This document shows, piece after piece, positions 1 through 13,175 of a stretch of 64,000 bases of DNA. The DNA comes from Octopus sinensis (taxonomy: Eukaryota): contig NC_043025.1 in NCBI RefSeq assembly GCF_006345805.1, positions 12,524,001 through 12,588,000 on the forward strand, written 5' to 3'. The translations under genes and the position numbers were made by a program. Each line of letters begins with the position of its first letter. Position 1 is the first letter of the stretch. The notes below the pieces were generated by a model. It was not told where the DNA came from. It made no database searches and saw only the letters and a list, made by a program, of their open reading frames with translations.

Positions 1-512
1 TTCAGATATATTATGAATAAAAACAATTAACGATTGTACAATATGAGTTTCAAATTTCGGCACAAGGCCAGCAATTTAGTGGGGAGGGTGAAAGTCGATT
101 ATATCGACCCCATTGTTCAACTGGTACATGTTTCATAGAACCTGAAAAGGGATTCGCAGGAAAGCTGAATGGGGATACAACACAGATTTTTAAAATTGCC
201 TTTTGACTGCTATGTCTAGCATTTATAGGTCTGTGTGCATGCAGGGGTTTGCACAAATACTGCTTCGAGAAAAAAAAAAACCCCTCAAAAACAACAAATC
301 GTTTCTCCATTTTCTTATTTGTATTATAAATTAATGGTAAAATATTTCTTTATTTACCTTCACCCATTTAATACAAGAAGTAAGTTAATTGCATTGCAAT
401 TAAAAAAAAAACCCACTTGTGTATTAATAACTAATTTGGGTATTATACCAACAGTATATTGGATAAGTATTATCCCTTGGTTGGTTGGATCCACAACCCC
501 TAACTTACTTGG

Positions 513-543
<31 letters not shown>

Positions 544-620
544 ATATATGTATGTATATATATATATATATATGTGTGTATGTATATATATATATGTATA
601 TATATATATAATATATATAT

Positions 621-650
<30 letters not shown>
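513..650. repeat. (TA/TG)n microsatellite, representative
   Basis: Other large simple tracts at 26254-26390 (GAA/GGA), 40735-41210 (TA/TG), 41480-41510 (TTTCG), 52205-52305 (CTAT), 53150-53420 (GATA/GGAT), 63340-63530 (TA). Confidence 0.95.
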
Positions 651-652
<2 letters not shown>

Positions 653-1110
653 CCAACTTAAAATGGAGGTCTTGTTAGAACACCAAGCAGTGTGTTATTA
701 GCTTTGAGAGATCCTCTCGAATGGACGCTTGGTACATAAAAGCACACACATGAATTGTAGCAGACGGGAATCATCTGTTACGAGTGCTGGAAGTCCCCGT
801 ATCATGTTTTTTCAGTCTACCTGACATCATCAGAGGAAGGTGTCCGGTCACCGCTTGCCAGTCAAATCTTGCTGCTATGATATATAGAATTTCAGAATCT
901 TTTCATGCACTGATGTTGTAAATAGCCAACAGGCTCATTAAAAAATTAATTATTGGTGATGGAAGCATCATTAATACCCAAAGGTAATCTTTGCATTCGA
1001 CTTAACATGGATGCGTTGTTAGAACACCAAATTCTGTGGTGGAATATAAAGATTACCTTTGAGTGGTAATATTGCATCTATCTCTAATAATTAATAGATA
1101 TATAAATTAA

Positions 1111-1418
1111 TCTTTATATATAAAATTGAAGTTGTGTGTATGAGACTCTGTCTCCTCCGATTTAGATTCCTAACTACTCCCACATTTTGCGGTGCAGTTT
1201 AACCAAAAGCGGGTATCTTATAGTCGTCATTCATATCGAGCCCTTCTGGGTATTAGCGCACGTCTACGATGAGTCTGTGATTTAAAAAAAAAATTTACCA
1301 TCGTTTTACCGCATTTTTAATGATTTTTGCTCGGGTTATATAAGGGAAGTAACGCTCTAAAAATGCTTATATAGTTATTTCCCTTACAAACCCGAGCAAC
1401 GCCGGGCGATACTTCTAG
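1111..1418 (+). mobile_element. Non-autonomous Helitron
   Basis: A|TCTTTATATATAAAA 5' end; CCCGAGCAACGCCGGG motif 8 nt before CTAG|T 3' end; AT target, no TSD; homologous copy at 43374-43662. Confidence 0.8.
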
Positions 1419-1615
1419 TATATATATAATTCTAGAGTATTACAAGTGATACCAGTTTTGCACTGGTGTCTTTATAAACTAAACCAGTCCAGCTGTGATT
1501 GTAGTTTAAAGCAGAGAGCATGAGGTTTCTTTCGGATTCGGGTACCAAATTGTAATGCCAAAGGAATCGGTCATTTTATAAGAGGAAACGTTAGAAGAGA
1601 CAGGGAGGTCAAGGG

Positions 1616-1732
1616 TCATGAATTCGACAAGTCTTGACAGTGTCGGCTTTCGTTCATGTCATTACCAACGGCATCGATGATGTCCAAGAGCAGTTCTCGT
1701 TTTAGATTCCGTATCTGTGGTAAGCGAGCCAC
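1616..1732 (-). CDS. LZTR1: LZTR1 coding exon 22 (terminal)
   Basis: ttacag acceptor; [38 protein letters not shown]; TGA at 1616-1618. Confidence 0.9.
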   Translation of the reverse strand: MARLPQIRNLKRELLLDIIDAVGNDMNESRHCQDLSNS

Positions 1733-4700
1733 CTGTAACGAAAGAGAAAGACAGAGAAACATTTGAGTGAGAGAAATCAAATCAAAATAAATTCAATGAC
1801 TGGATAATTTTTGGTGTTTAACAATCAACATTCTTTTTCCTCTCGGATTCTAAGTCAATTTTTTCCCCACTCTAATGTTTGGTAATTTTCAAACAATGGC
1901 GTCTGAAAGGGTCAGGCTACTTAGAAGATATGAACGACGGACTAGTTCAGCATTATACTCGAGGATTTGCGGTATTTAGAATGACATTGTAGGATGGGTG
2001 CAAGAGGCCAGATCTGAACAAAACAAAACCTCTTAGCATTCAGAATACCCTGCCAAAAATGTCATGCTTACTTACATCGCTTTTGAATCAATCATACATT
2101 ATCTTGTAGCTTTGCGGTTTTGATGATGTGATTGCTTATTTTTAGAATGGCATTGTAGGGTAGACGTGAAAGGCCTGATCTGACCTCACAGTCATTGCTA
2201 TGTGGTTCGGATTGCCTCTCGTGCCAGAAGACAACTCAACGTTATGGAATAGTAGAGTAAGGGAGATAACCCGACTAGTTGTTTCTGGGGAGTTGACTTT
2301 GTGTCTTGCAGGAAAAAGAGGTGGTAGAGAGACAGAGAGAAAGAGACGGTATATGAAACAGATAGAGAGAGTCAAAGAAGGTAAAGAGAGACAGAGAGAG
2401 AGGAAGAGAAGTAGAACATTAATCCCTTAGCATTCAGATTACTCTATCAAATGTAATGGTTATTTATTCACATTGTTTTGAATTAATCATGGATTATCTC
2501 ATAGCTTTGAGATTTCAATGATGTGATTGTTTATTTTAAGAATGACATTGTAGGGTAGGTGTGAGACACTGGATCTGGACTTGTTTTGAATTAATCCTGC
2601 ATTATCTCATAGCTTTGAGATTTCAATGATGTGATTGTTTATTTTTAGAATGACATTGTAGGGTATGTGTGAGAGACTGGATCTGGCCTTGCTTTGAATT
2701 AATCATGCATTTATCTTGTAGATTTCAATAAAAGGATCGTTTATACCGTAAATCCTGGAGTATAGTCTGCCCTTGAGTATAATACGCAGGGGATTTTTAG
2801 TGGGGCTGTACCTCTGAAAGACCTAAACCTTGTGTATAATACGCATCCCTTCTCAAACTTGAGTCAAGGAGGTCTATATAACGTCCTTGGTTTGTAAAAC
2901 TGTATACGGTAACGTCCTTTATTATTATTGTACATATAACATAATGCAAACGTGTATACGCAGGGGATTTTTAGTGGGGCTGTACCTCTGAAAGACCTAA
3001 ACCTTGTGTATAATACGCACCCCTTCTCTAATTTGAGTCAAGGAGCTCTATATAACGTCCTTGGTTTGTAAAACTGTATACGGTAACGTCCTTTATTATT
3101 ATTGTACATATAACATAATGCAAACGTGTATACGCAGGGGATTTTTAGGGGGCTGTACCTCTGAAAAACCTAAACCTTGTGTATAATACGCAGGGGATTT
3201 TTAGGGGGCTGTACCTCTGGAAAACCTAAACCTTGTGTATAATACGCACCCTTCTCTAACTTGAGTCAAGGAGGTCTATATAACGTCCTTGGTTTGTAAA
3301 ACTGTATACGGTAACGTCCTTTATTATTATTGTACATATAACATAATGCAAACGTGTATACGCAGGGGATTTTTAGTGGGGCTGTACCTCTGAAAGACCT
3401 AAACCTTGTGTATAATACGCACCCCTTCTCTAATTTGAGTCAAGGAGCTCTATATAACGTCCTTGGTTTGTAAAACTGTATACGGTAACGTCCTTTATTA
3501 TTATTGTACATATAACATAATGCAAACGTGTATACGCAGGGGATTTTTAGGGGGCTGTACCTCTGAAAAACCTAAACCTTGTGTATAATACGCAGGGGAT
3601 TTTTAGGGGGCTGTACCTCTGGAAAACCTAAACCTTGTGTATAATACGCACCCTTCTCTAACTTGAGTCAAGGAGGTCTATATAACGTCCTTGGTTTGTA
3701 AAACTGTATACGGTAACGTCCTTTATTAAGCAGCTAACCACGTCGTCTCCATTTCTGTTCCTGCTACTTGACTACCCTGCGTTGATTTGAATTTTGTTAA
3801 ATCCACTATACCAGTCATAGAACGCAGCAGGACGAAAACGTTTTCTTATTCAACTTCCATTCTGTTCTGTTAAATGTTAATATACATGCTGTGTATAAAT
3901 GCTCTCCTCACGGATTGGAATAAATACACCAGGTACATGAAGTCTTCGAAAACTCATATGAATTGTTGTTGTTTCTCACTGGATTAATTCCTACAGCTAT
4001 CGAAGGATGACCGGACATTGTATTAAATTAGTGGGCTAAAAGCTCGCTAAAACTATATAAAACAGCGAATAGGCGCAGGAGTGGCTGTGTGGTAAGTAGC
4101 TTGCTAACCAACCACATGGTTCTGGGTTCAGTCCCACTGCGTGGCACCTTGGGCAAGTGTCTTCTACTATAGCCCCAGGCCGACCAATGCCTTGTGAGTG
4201 GATTTGGTAGACGGAAACTGAAAGAAGCCCATCATATATATGTATATATATATATGTGTGTGTATGCGTGTGTATATGTTTGTGTGTCTGTGTTTGTCCC
4301 TCTAGCATTGCTTGACAACCGATGCTGGTGTGTTTATGTCCCTGTCACTTAGCAGTTCGGCAAAAGAGACCGATAGAATAAGTACTAGGCTTACAAAGAA
4401 TAAGTCCCGGGGTCGATTTGCTCGACTAAAGGCGGTGCTCCAGCATGGCCGCGGTCAAATGACTGAAACAAGTAAAAGAGTAAAAATGAAAGAAAAGAAT
4501 GAAAACCCCGAAATAATCTGTGAGAAAGGGACGGAATTACTTACATTTGGGAAATTGTGTACGATTATGTTGAGGGCATGTTTCTTCATATCTGAGGCCT
4601 GGATCTTATCAGCAGCCTCCAGGATCTGGAAAAAGAAAAAAGAGCAAAAGAGAAATTAATTAACGTATTTTAATGTATATAAAGAATCCTTGTGTATAAG

Positions 4701-7700
4701 GAAACCCCTAATTTTTGGGCTTAAAATTTGGAAAAAAGGTTTTGTAGGTAATTATAGGCGCAGGAGTGGCAATGTGGTAAGTAGCTTGCTAACCAACCAC
4801 ATGGTTCCGGGTTCAGTCCCACTGCGTGGCACCTTGGGCAAGTGTCTTCTACTACAGCCTCGAGCCAACCAATGCTTTGTGAGTGGATTTGGTAGACGGA
4901 AACTGAAAGAAGCCTGTCGTGTATATGTATATATATATATATGTGTGTGTGTGTATATGTGTTTGTGTGTCTGTGTTTGTCCCCCCAACAACGCTTGACA
5001 ACCGATGCTGGTGTGTTTACATCCCTGTCACTTAGCGGTTCGGCAAAAGAGACCAATAGTATAAGTACTGGGCTTACAAAGAATAAGTCCCGGGGTCGAT
5101 TTGCTCGACTAAAGGCGGTGCTCCAGCATGGCCGCAGTCAAAATGACTGAAACAAGTAAAAGAGTTAAGAGAGTAATACTATCCATGTATAAGAAACTAC
5201 CATATTTTTTAAACTTAATTTTGACAAAATAGGGTTCCCTATACACATTAAAATACGGTAATTACTTAATTAATAAGCTACAGTGTGGTTAAGAAACTTG
5301 CTTTGCAACCATGTGGTCATGGGATCACTCCCACAGTGTGGCACCTTGGGCAAATGTTTAACGTATATAAGGAATTCTTGTGTATAAGGAAACCCCTAAT
5401 TTTTTCGGGCCTTAAAATTTGGAAAAAAAGGTTTTGTAAGCAATTATAATACTATCCATGTATAAGAAACTCCCATATTTTTTAAACTTAATTTTTGACA
5501 AAATAGGGTTCCCTATACACATTAAAATATGGTAATTACTTAATTAATAAGCCACAGTGTGGTTAAGAAACTTGCTTTGCAACTATGTGGTCATGGGTTC
5601 ACTCCAACAGTGTGGCACCTTGGGCAAGTGTCTTCTACTATAGCCCCATCATCATCATCATTGTTCGACCGTGGTCGAGACAATGGAATTTACCATGATA
5701 CGCCAGATTTCACAGTCCATCATGGCATTACGGAGGTCCTGTTGCTGGATGCCTGTATCCCTGGAGATTACATCAGGGTAGGAGAGTGTGAGCCCTCTGG
5801 TATTACGAGTAGATGGCTTCCAGAGGAGAAGAGTAGAAATTACTTCTTTTTCAGCTCTACAACAATGTCCAGCAAACTGGACTCTTCTACCTTTCACAAG
5901 AGATGACACAGGTGGTAGTTTCCCATATATTTGTACTTTGGTTGGATGGCACTTCCAAAAGAGAACCCTAACCCTAACCATCATCATTGTTCGACCGTGG
6001 TCGAGACAATGGAATTTATTATGCTACGCCAGACTTCACGGTCCATCATGGCATTACAGAGGTCCTGTTGCTAGATGCCTGTATCCCTGGAGATTACATC
6101 AGGGTAGGAGAGTGTGCGCCCTCTGGTATTACGAGTAGATGGCTTCCAGAGGAGAAGAGTAGAAATTACTTCTTTTTCAGCTCTACAACAATGTCCAGCA
6201 AACTGGACTCTCCTACCTCTCACAAGAGATGACACAGGTGGTAGTTCCCCATATATTTGTACTTTGGTTGGATGACGCTTCCAAAAGAGAACCCTAACCC
6301 TAACCATCATCATCATCATCATTGTTCGACCGTGGTCGAGACAATGGAATTTACCATGATACGCCAGACTTCACAGTCCATCATGGCATTACGGAGGTCC
6401 TGTTGCTGGATGCCTGTATCCCTGGAGATTACATCAGGGTAGGAGAGTGTGCGCCCTCTGGTATTGCGAGTAGATGGCTTCCAGAGGAAAGAGTAGAAAT
6501 TACCTCTTTTTCAGCTCTACAACAATGTCCAGCAAACTGGACTCTTCTACCTTTCACAAGAGATGACACAGGTGGTAGTTTCCCATATATTTGTACTTTG
6601 GTTGGATGGCACTTCCAAAAGAGAACCCTAACCCTAACCATCATCATTGTTCGACCGTGGTCGAGACAATGGAATTTATTATGCTACGCCAGACTTCACG
6701 GTCCATCATGGCATTACAGAGGTCCTGTTGCTAGATGCCTGTATCCCTGGAGATTACATCAGGGTAGGAGAGTGTGCGCCCTCTGGTATTACGAGTAGAT
6801 GGCTTCCAGAGGAGAAGAGTAGAAATTACTTCTTTTTCAGCTCTACAACAATGTCCAGCAAACTGGACTCTCCTACCTCTCACAAGAGATGACACAGGTG
6901 GTAGTTCCCCATATATTTGTACTTTGGTTGGATGACGCTTCCAAAAGAGAACCCTAACCCTAACCATCATCATCATCATCATTGTTCGACCGTGGTCGAG
7001 ACAATGGAATTTACCATGATACGCCAGACTTCACAGTCCATCATGGCATTACGGAGGTCCTGTTGCTGGATGCCTGTATCCCTGGAGATTACATCAGGGT
7101 AGGAGAGTGTGCGCCCTCTGGTATTGCGAGTAGATGGCTTCCAGAGGAGAAGAGTAGAAATTACTTCTTTTTCAGCTCTACAACAATGTCCAGCAAACTG
7201 GACTCTTCTACCTTTCACAAGAGATGACACAGGTGGTAGTTTCCCATATATTTGTACTTTGGTTGGATGGCACTTCCAAAAGAGAACCCTAACCCTAACC
7301 ATCATCATCATCATTGTTCGACCGTGGTCGAGACAATGGAATTTACCATGCTACGCCAGACTTCATGGTCCATCATGGCATTACGGAGGTCCTGTTGCTG
7401 GATGCCTGTATCCCTGGAGATTACATCAGGGTAGGAGAGTGTGCGCCCTCTGGTATTACGAGTAGATGGCTTCCAGAGGAGAAGAGTAGAAATTACCTCT
7501 TTTTCAGCTCTACAACAATGTCCAGCAAACTGGACTCTCCTACCTTTCACAAGTGGATTAAGACAACAACAAAAGCAACACTTACCTGAACGACATTTTT
7601 AAACGACACATTCATTTCCAGGTTATGTTTGCAGAATGCCTTGAGAAGGAAGAAGAAAAAGAAAAAGAAAAACAAGAGATTTAAGTATGCTTTCTATAGA

Positions 7701-10700
7701 ATATCTGCGTTAAGCATAATATACAAAATGCTGCTTAGGTAAATACAATAAACAAAATATAAAAAAAAAAAACCCATTCTCGCTCCTCTCTCTCTGAGAC
7801 TTACCTGCAGTCTGTTATTAGTGAAACCATAAAAATACGGGGCAGAAAATAGATAGAGGGAATCTTCTGGGGGCATGGTGACATCGCCATAGTAAATGTA
7901 GCGCATCAGACTGCGGAAAGCCTGCAATGAGGGAACCATTTCTCCAATAGCAATCTGGAAGACAAAAAGAGGGGAGAGTAAGAAGGGGTTACAAAAAGGG
8001 AGGTGGGAAAGGGAGAGCAACGTGGAAAGAAACATAATGAGGGGCAGGGGTGTCTGCTCCTGTCACTTGTATATATTTTTTAATAAGCTCACTGGCTAAC
8101 CATGACACCAGCACCTTTTCTGGCACTGTTAATCTATATATCACTGGTAACGAGATGGGTTGCTGCTGTCTCTAGCAGTCGAGTGTCTGTCACTGATAAG
8201 ACCAAGGAAGGTCGAAATCACAATTTAGAGAAAGGTGCAAGAATAATATCAACATCAATGGAATTTGTAGTTATGATACCAGTGCCAGTGGCACGTATGA
8301 GAACCATCCAAACGTGGCCGTAACCAGCGCCGCATCGAATGGCCTCCGTGCCGGTGGCACGTAACAAACACCATCCAATCGTGGCCGTTGCCAGCCTCAC
8401 CTGGTCTCCGTGCCGGTGGCATGTAAAAAGGACCATCCGAGCATGGCCGTCGCCAGCCTCGCCTAGCCTCCGTGCCGGTGGCACGTAAAAAGCACCATCC
8501 GAGCGTGGCCGTTTGCCAGCCTCGTCTGGCACCTGTGTCGGTGGCACGTAGAAAGCACCATCCGAGCGTGGCCACTCGCCAGCCTCGTCTGGCACCTGTG
8601 TCGGTGGCACGTAGAAAGCACCATCCGAGCGTGGCCACTCGCCAGCCTCGTCTGGCACCTGTGTCGGTGGCACGTAAGAGAACCATCCGAACGTGGCCGT
8701 TGCCAGCGCCGCCCCGACTGGCCTCCGTGTTGGTGGCACGTAAAAAGCACCATCCGATCATGGCCGTTCGCCAGCCTCGTCTGGCACCTGTGTCGGTGGG
8801 ACGTAAAAAGCACCCACTACACTCACGGAGTGGTTGGCGTTAGGAAGGGCATCCAGCTGTAGAAACACTGCCAGATCTGACTGGGCCTGGTGCAGCCTCC
8901 TGGCTTCCCAGACCCCAGTTGAACCGTCCAACCCATGCTAGCATGGAGGACGGACGCTAAATGATAATGATGGTGATGATGATGATGATGACAAATGCTT
9001 TTTACCATTTTGCTTGTGTTTTTCCAAACCCTTCTTTTAACAACAACAACAACAACAACAATACCCACTGCCACCACTATCACTACCACACTTACCTTGA
9101 CGGTGTTGTCTTCAGGCATAAATGAACGGAACATTGCCTCGAAGTAGCTGCTCCTCGCTGCCAATATGGACTTGTGGGCTGGGATTAAGATTCCATCCAG
9201 GATCAGAATTATATCACAGAATTCCATGCCGACCACTTTGAGGAAGTTCTCCATGTCTTTCTCTAGGGTGTTTGCTGCAATGACAAAAAACAAAAAAAAT
9301 TTACAAAAAAACACTGTTGCTAGGCAACTAAAAAGCATGTTAGCAGCGTCGCCTTACTGGCACTTGTGCCACTGGCATGCGACACGACAACATTCGAGCA
9401 AGGTCTTTGCCAGTGCAGCTGGACTTGCCCCTGTGCTGGTGGCACATAAAAAAACACCATTTGAGCTTGGCCATTGCCAGTAGTGCCTCACTGGCCCTCG
9501 TGCTGATGGCATGTAAAAGCACCCACTACACTCACAGATTGGTTGGCGTTAGGAAGGGCATCCAGCTGTAGAAAATCTGCCAGATCAAGATTGGAGTCTG
9601 GTGCAGCGATCTTGTTTGCCAGACCTCAGTCAAATCGTCCAACCCATGCCAGCATGGAAGGCGGACGTTAAACAATGGTGATGATGATGATGATATATGT
9701 GTGTGTATGTATATATATATATATATATATTATATGTAGAAAAATACAAACTGGGACAAGAACGTGAAACATTTAGAAGACGATACAAAAAACATGGACG
9801 GGACATTCGAAGCCTTCAATCTTCAGTCAAGAACCGGATCATCCTAGCAATTTCGGCTGATTAATCTTGAGATCGCTCCGATCCGGCCAGCCCCAAGGAA
9901 AAACTAAGCTACGAGCATTAGATTTCTTGGAAGAAGGATCGAATGTATACGAAACAGGGACAGAAAAACGGACGATGCCACACGAATATAAAATACAAAA
10001 AACAATAATGGTAAAAACAATATATATATATATATATCATCATCATCATCATTTAACGTCCGTTTTCCGCGCTAGCACGGGTTGGACGGTTTCGACCGGG
10101 GTCTGGGGAGCTAGGGACTGCCCCAGGCTCCAGTCTAGTCTGGCAGTGTTTCTACAGCTGGATGCCCTTCCTAACGCCAACCACTCCGCGAGTGTAGTGG
10201 GTGTTTTTTACGTGCCACCTGCACAGGTGCCAGAGGGGTCTGGCATCGGCCACGTTCGGATGGTGCTTTTTATGTGGGGGGGGGTGCAGAAATATAGGGG
10301 AGCACCAGTGGGGAGGGGTGGTTCAGAGAAATGATGACAGGTTGTAGGCAAGTAGAATGTAGGATATCAAGAGAGGGGTAATGCATGGTGAAATAGCGTA
10401 TTGAAGAGGGGGGTTCGAAGAGTAGACACCTATAATGGTGGTGGGAGAAGCGACATCCGGTATAGATGGAGCAAAATATAGAGATATCCGGTATTGGTGT
10501 TGGTGGTGGGGGTGGACAAGGGCGGGTGCACCGGGAATATGCGAATGTTGAACTTGATGGGCTGGCTTAAAAATGCTCTTAGCAATGGAAGGGGGGAAAG
10601 GAAGAGGGGGGATGGCAGACAACGTAAAAGAGGGAGAGAGAGAAGGGAATAGTGGAACCCCGCGAAAATGGGCCGCCATTGGAAAAAACCCCTATATTTA

Positions 10701-13127
10701 TATAATAACAATTTAATAAATAAAACATATGCATACATACATACATATATGTACATACATACATCTATATGTATATATACATGCATATATGAGTACAGGA
10801 CACCATGCATGTATATATACATATAGATGTAGGTATGTACATATATGTATGTATGTATGCATATATATTATTAATAAATTGTTATTATATGATTGAACAC
10901 CACGCGTCGTTTTCTTATTCTCCAAGTAAGTTTTTATTATATATTTATATATCACGTCATGTGATCACGTGACCGACCAGACCATCAGATGTTGTTACAC
11001 ATCGCTGGTCACAATGCGTTTGCATTTTTTTTTAGCCTTTGAATGACGCCACCCCGCTGGCTAAGCAAGCAGGCCAACAGAAGAAAGAGTGGGAGAAAGA
11101 GTACAGCAGGGATCACCACCACCCCCTGCCGGAGCCTCGTGGAGCTTTTAGGTGTTTTCGCTCAATAAACACTCACAACGCCCGGTCTGAGAATCGAAAC
11201 CGCGATCCTGCGACCGCGAGTCCGCTGCCCTAACCACTGGGCCATTGCGCCTCCACATATTTATATATATTGATATTTATTGTTCCTTTTCTCATTAGGA
11301 AATGCACAACACAGTTTATCACCTTTATATATGATCATCAGTGAAGGAACATGGCTCAGTGGTTAGAACATCAGGCTCACAATCGTGAGGTAGTCAGTTC
11401 AATCCCTGGACTGGGCTGTGTGTTGTGTTCTTGAGCAAGACACTTTATTTCACGTTGCTGCAGTTGACTCAACTGTAGAAATGAGTTGTGACGTCACGGG
11501 TGCCAGGCTGTATCGGCCCCTTTGCCTTTCCCTTGGATAACATCAGTGGTGGGGAGACGGAAGGCTGGTATGTATGGGCGACTGCTGGTCTTACATAAAC
11601 AACCTTCCACACATTTGTGCCTTGGAAGGGAACTTTCTAGGTGCAATCCCATGGTCATTCATGACCAAAAGTGGTCTTTATATAATCATCATTGTTTAAT
11701 ATTTTCCATGCCCCAAGCTGGCAGGAGTTGGACAGGATCCAATGTGTCAGAGGGTCAGGGGAAAGACTGCCAAAATAAGTAGGTTGGAAGGGTGGATGAA
11801 ACAGGATCTGTGTGCTGTGTGCAGTATTGAGGGAGATGGCCTTATGCCAAGTGATGAGAGGCTAAAATATGATAGAAGGATAGAAACATGTACCTTGTTA
11901 TAGGGGAGGTACATGGGTACCTCAGTAGGGAAAGAGAGATGGTGGGGAAGATGAATATATATACGGGGAGGTCAATATAATTGAAGTGGCCCAGAGGATT
12001 TGTCAGGGTGGATAGGCAGTGGTATGTTCAAGAGAGTGAAGGAGGGTAGGAGATGGAGGGGAGGGGAATACAGGTGGAGGGCAGTCAACTGTTAAAACAA
12101 TGCATCAAATAATGAATTCATTCGACCCATGCAAGCATGGAAAAACAGATGTAAAACAAATGAACATCTTGTCCGATGCTCTACCGATCCAACTAGCTTG
12201 CCATCTGTTAACCCTTTTGTTACCATATTTCTGTTGAGATGCTCTGTGTTTCTTTCAATTACTTTTAAATATAACAAAGAATTTAGTAAAATAACTTAGT
12301 TATCATTCAGCTAGTGTTAGGAACATAAATTGTGACTAAGGTTTGGTGGAAGATTTTAATTGAAACCTTAAGAAAACAAGACATTTTTACAACAGAGCCA
12401 GAGCCGGTTTCAGCCGGGTTGGTAACAAAAGGGTTAAACCAGCTTCGGTGGAGTTTGAACTCAGACCACAGACAGCTGCAACAAAAACTGCTAATAATTC
12501 GCCATACTGTTCAACAACCTCACTCTTAACAACAACAATAACAACAACAAAAATATTACTAACAATTGTTGGGGTCAGTTTGAGGATCAGGCAGGGTCCT
12601 GAACTGGGGTTGTTGTTTCCGTCGAATGATCTCAACCATAAGGGGCTGGTCGAGGGTCTCAAATTCCTTGCTCATTATGATCTGGCTGTAGTTGCTCTCT
12701 TTGACAATAAACTTCAAACAATATTCCTGCAGGGGACAAAAAAAAAGAAAGACAACAATTAAAAAAAAAATATAATAAAATACAGGCGCAGGAGTGGCTG
12801 TGTGGTAAGTAGCTTTTTTACCAACCACATGGTTCTGGGTTCAGTCCCACTGAGTGGCACCTTGGGCAAGTGTCTTCTACTATAGCCTTGGGCCGACCAA
12901 AGCCTTGTGAGTGGATTTGGTAGACGGAAACTGAAAGAAGCCCGTCGTATATATATATATATATAGGCGCAGGGGTGGCTGTATGGTAAGTAGCTTGCTA
13001 ACCAACCACATGGTTCCGGGTTCAGTCCCACTGCGTGGTACCTTGGGCAGGTGTCTTCTACTATAGCCTTGGGCTGACCAAAGCCTTGTGAGTGGATTTG
13101 GTAGACGGAAACTGAAAGAAGCCCGTC

Positions 13128-13175
<48 letters not shown>

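Noticed and set aside
8190-8225. CTGATAA-GACC..GGTC-GAAA hammerhead-like core
   Set aside because: Core G replaced by A, and no helix I or III pairing could be found.
10955-10975. TCACGTGAC CLEAR motif
   Set aside because: Inside what looks like a repeat end in a deep LZTR1 intron, far from any start site.
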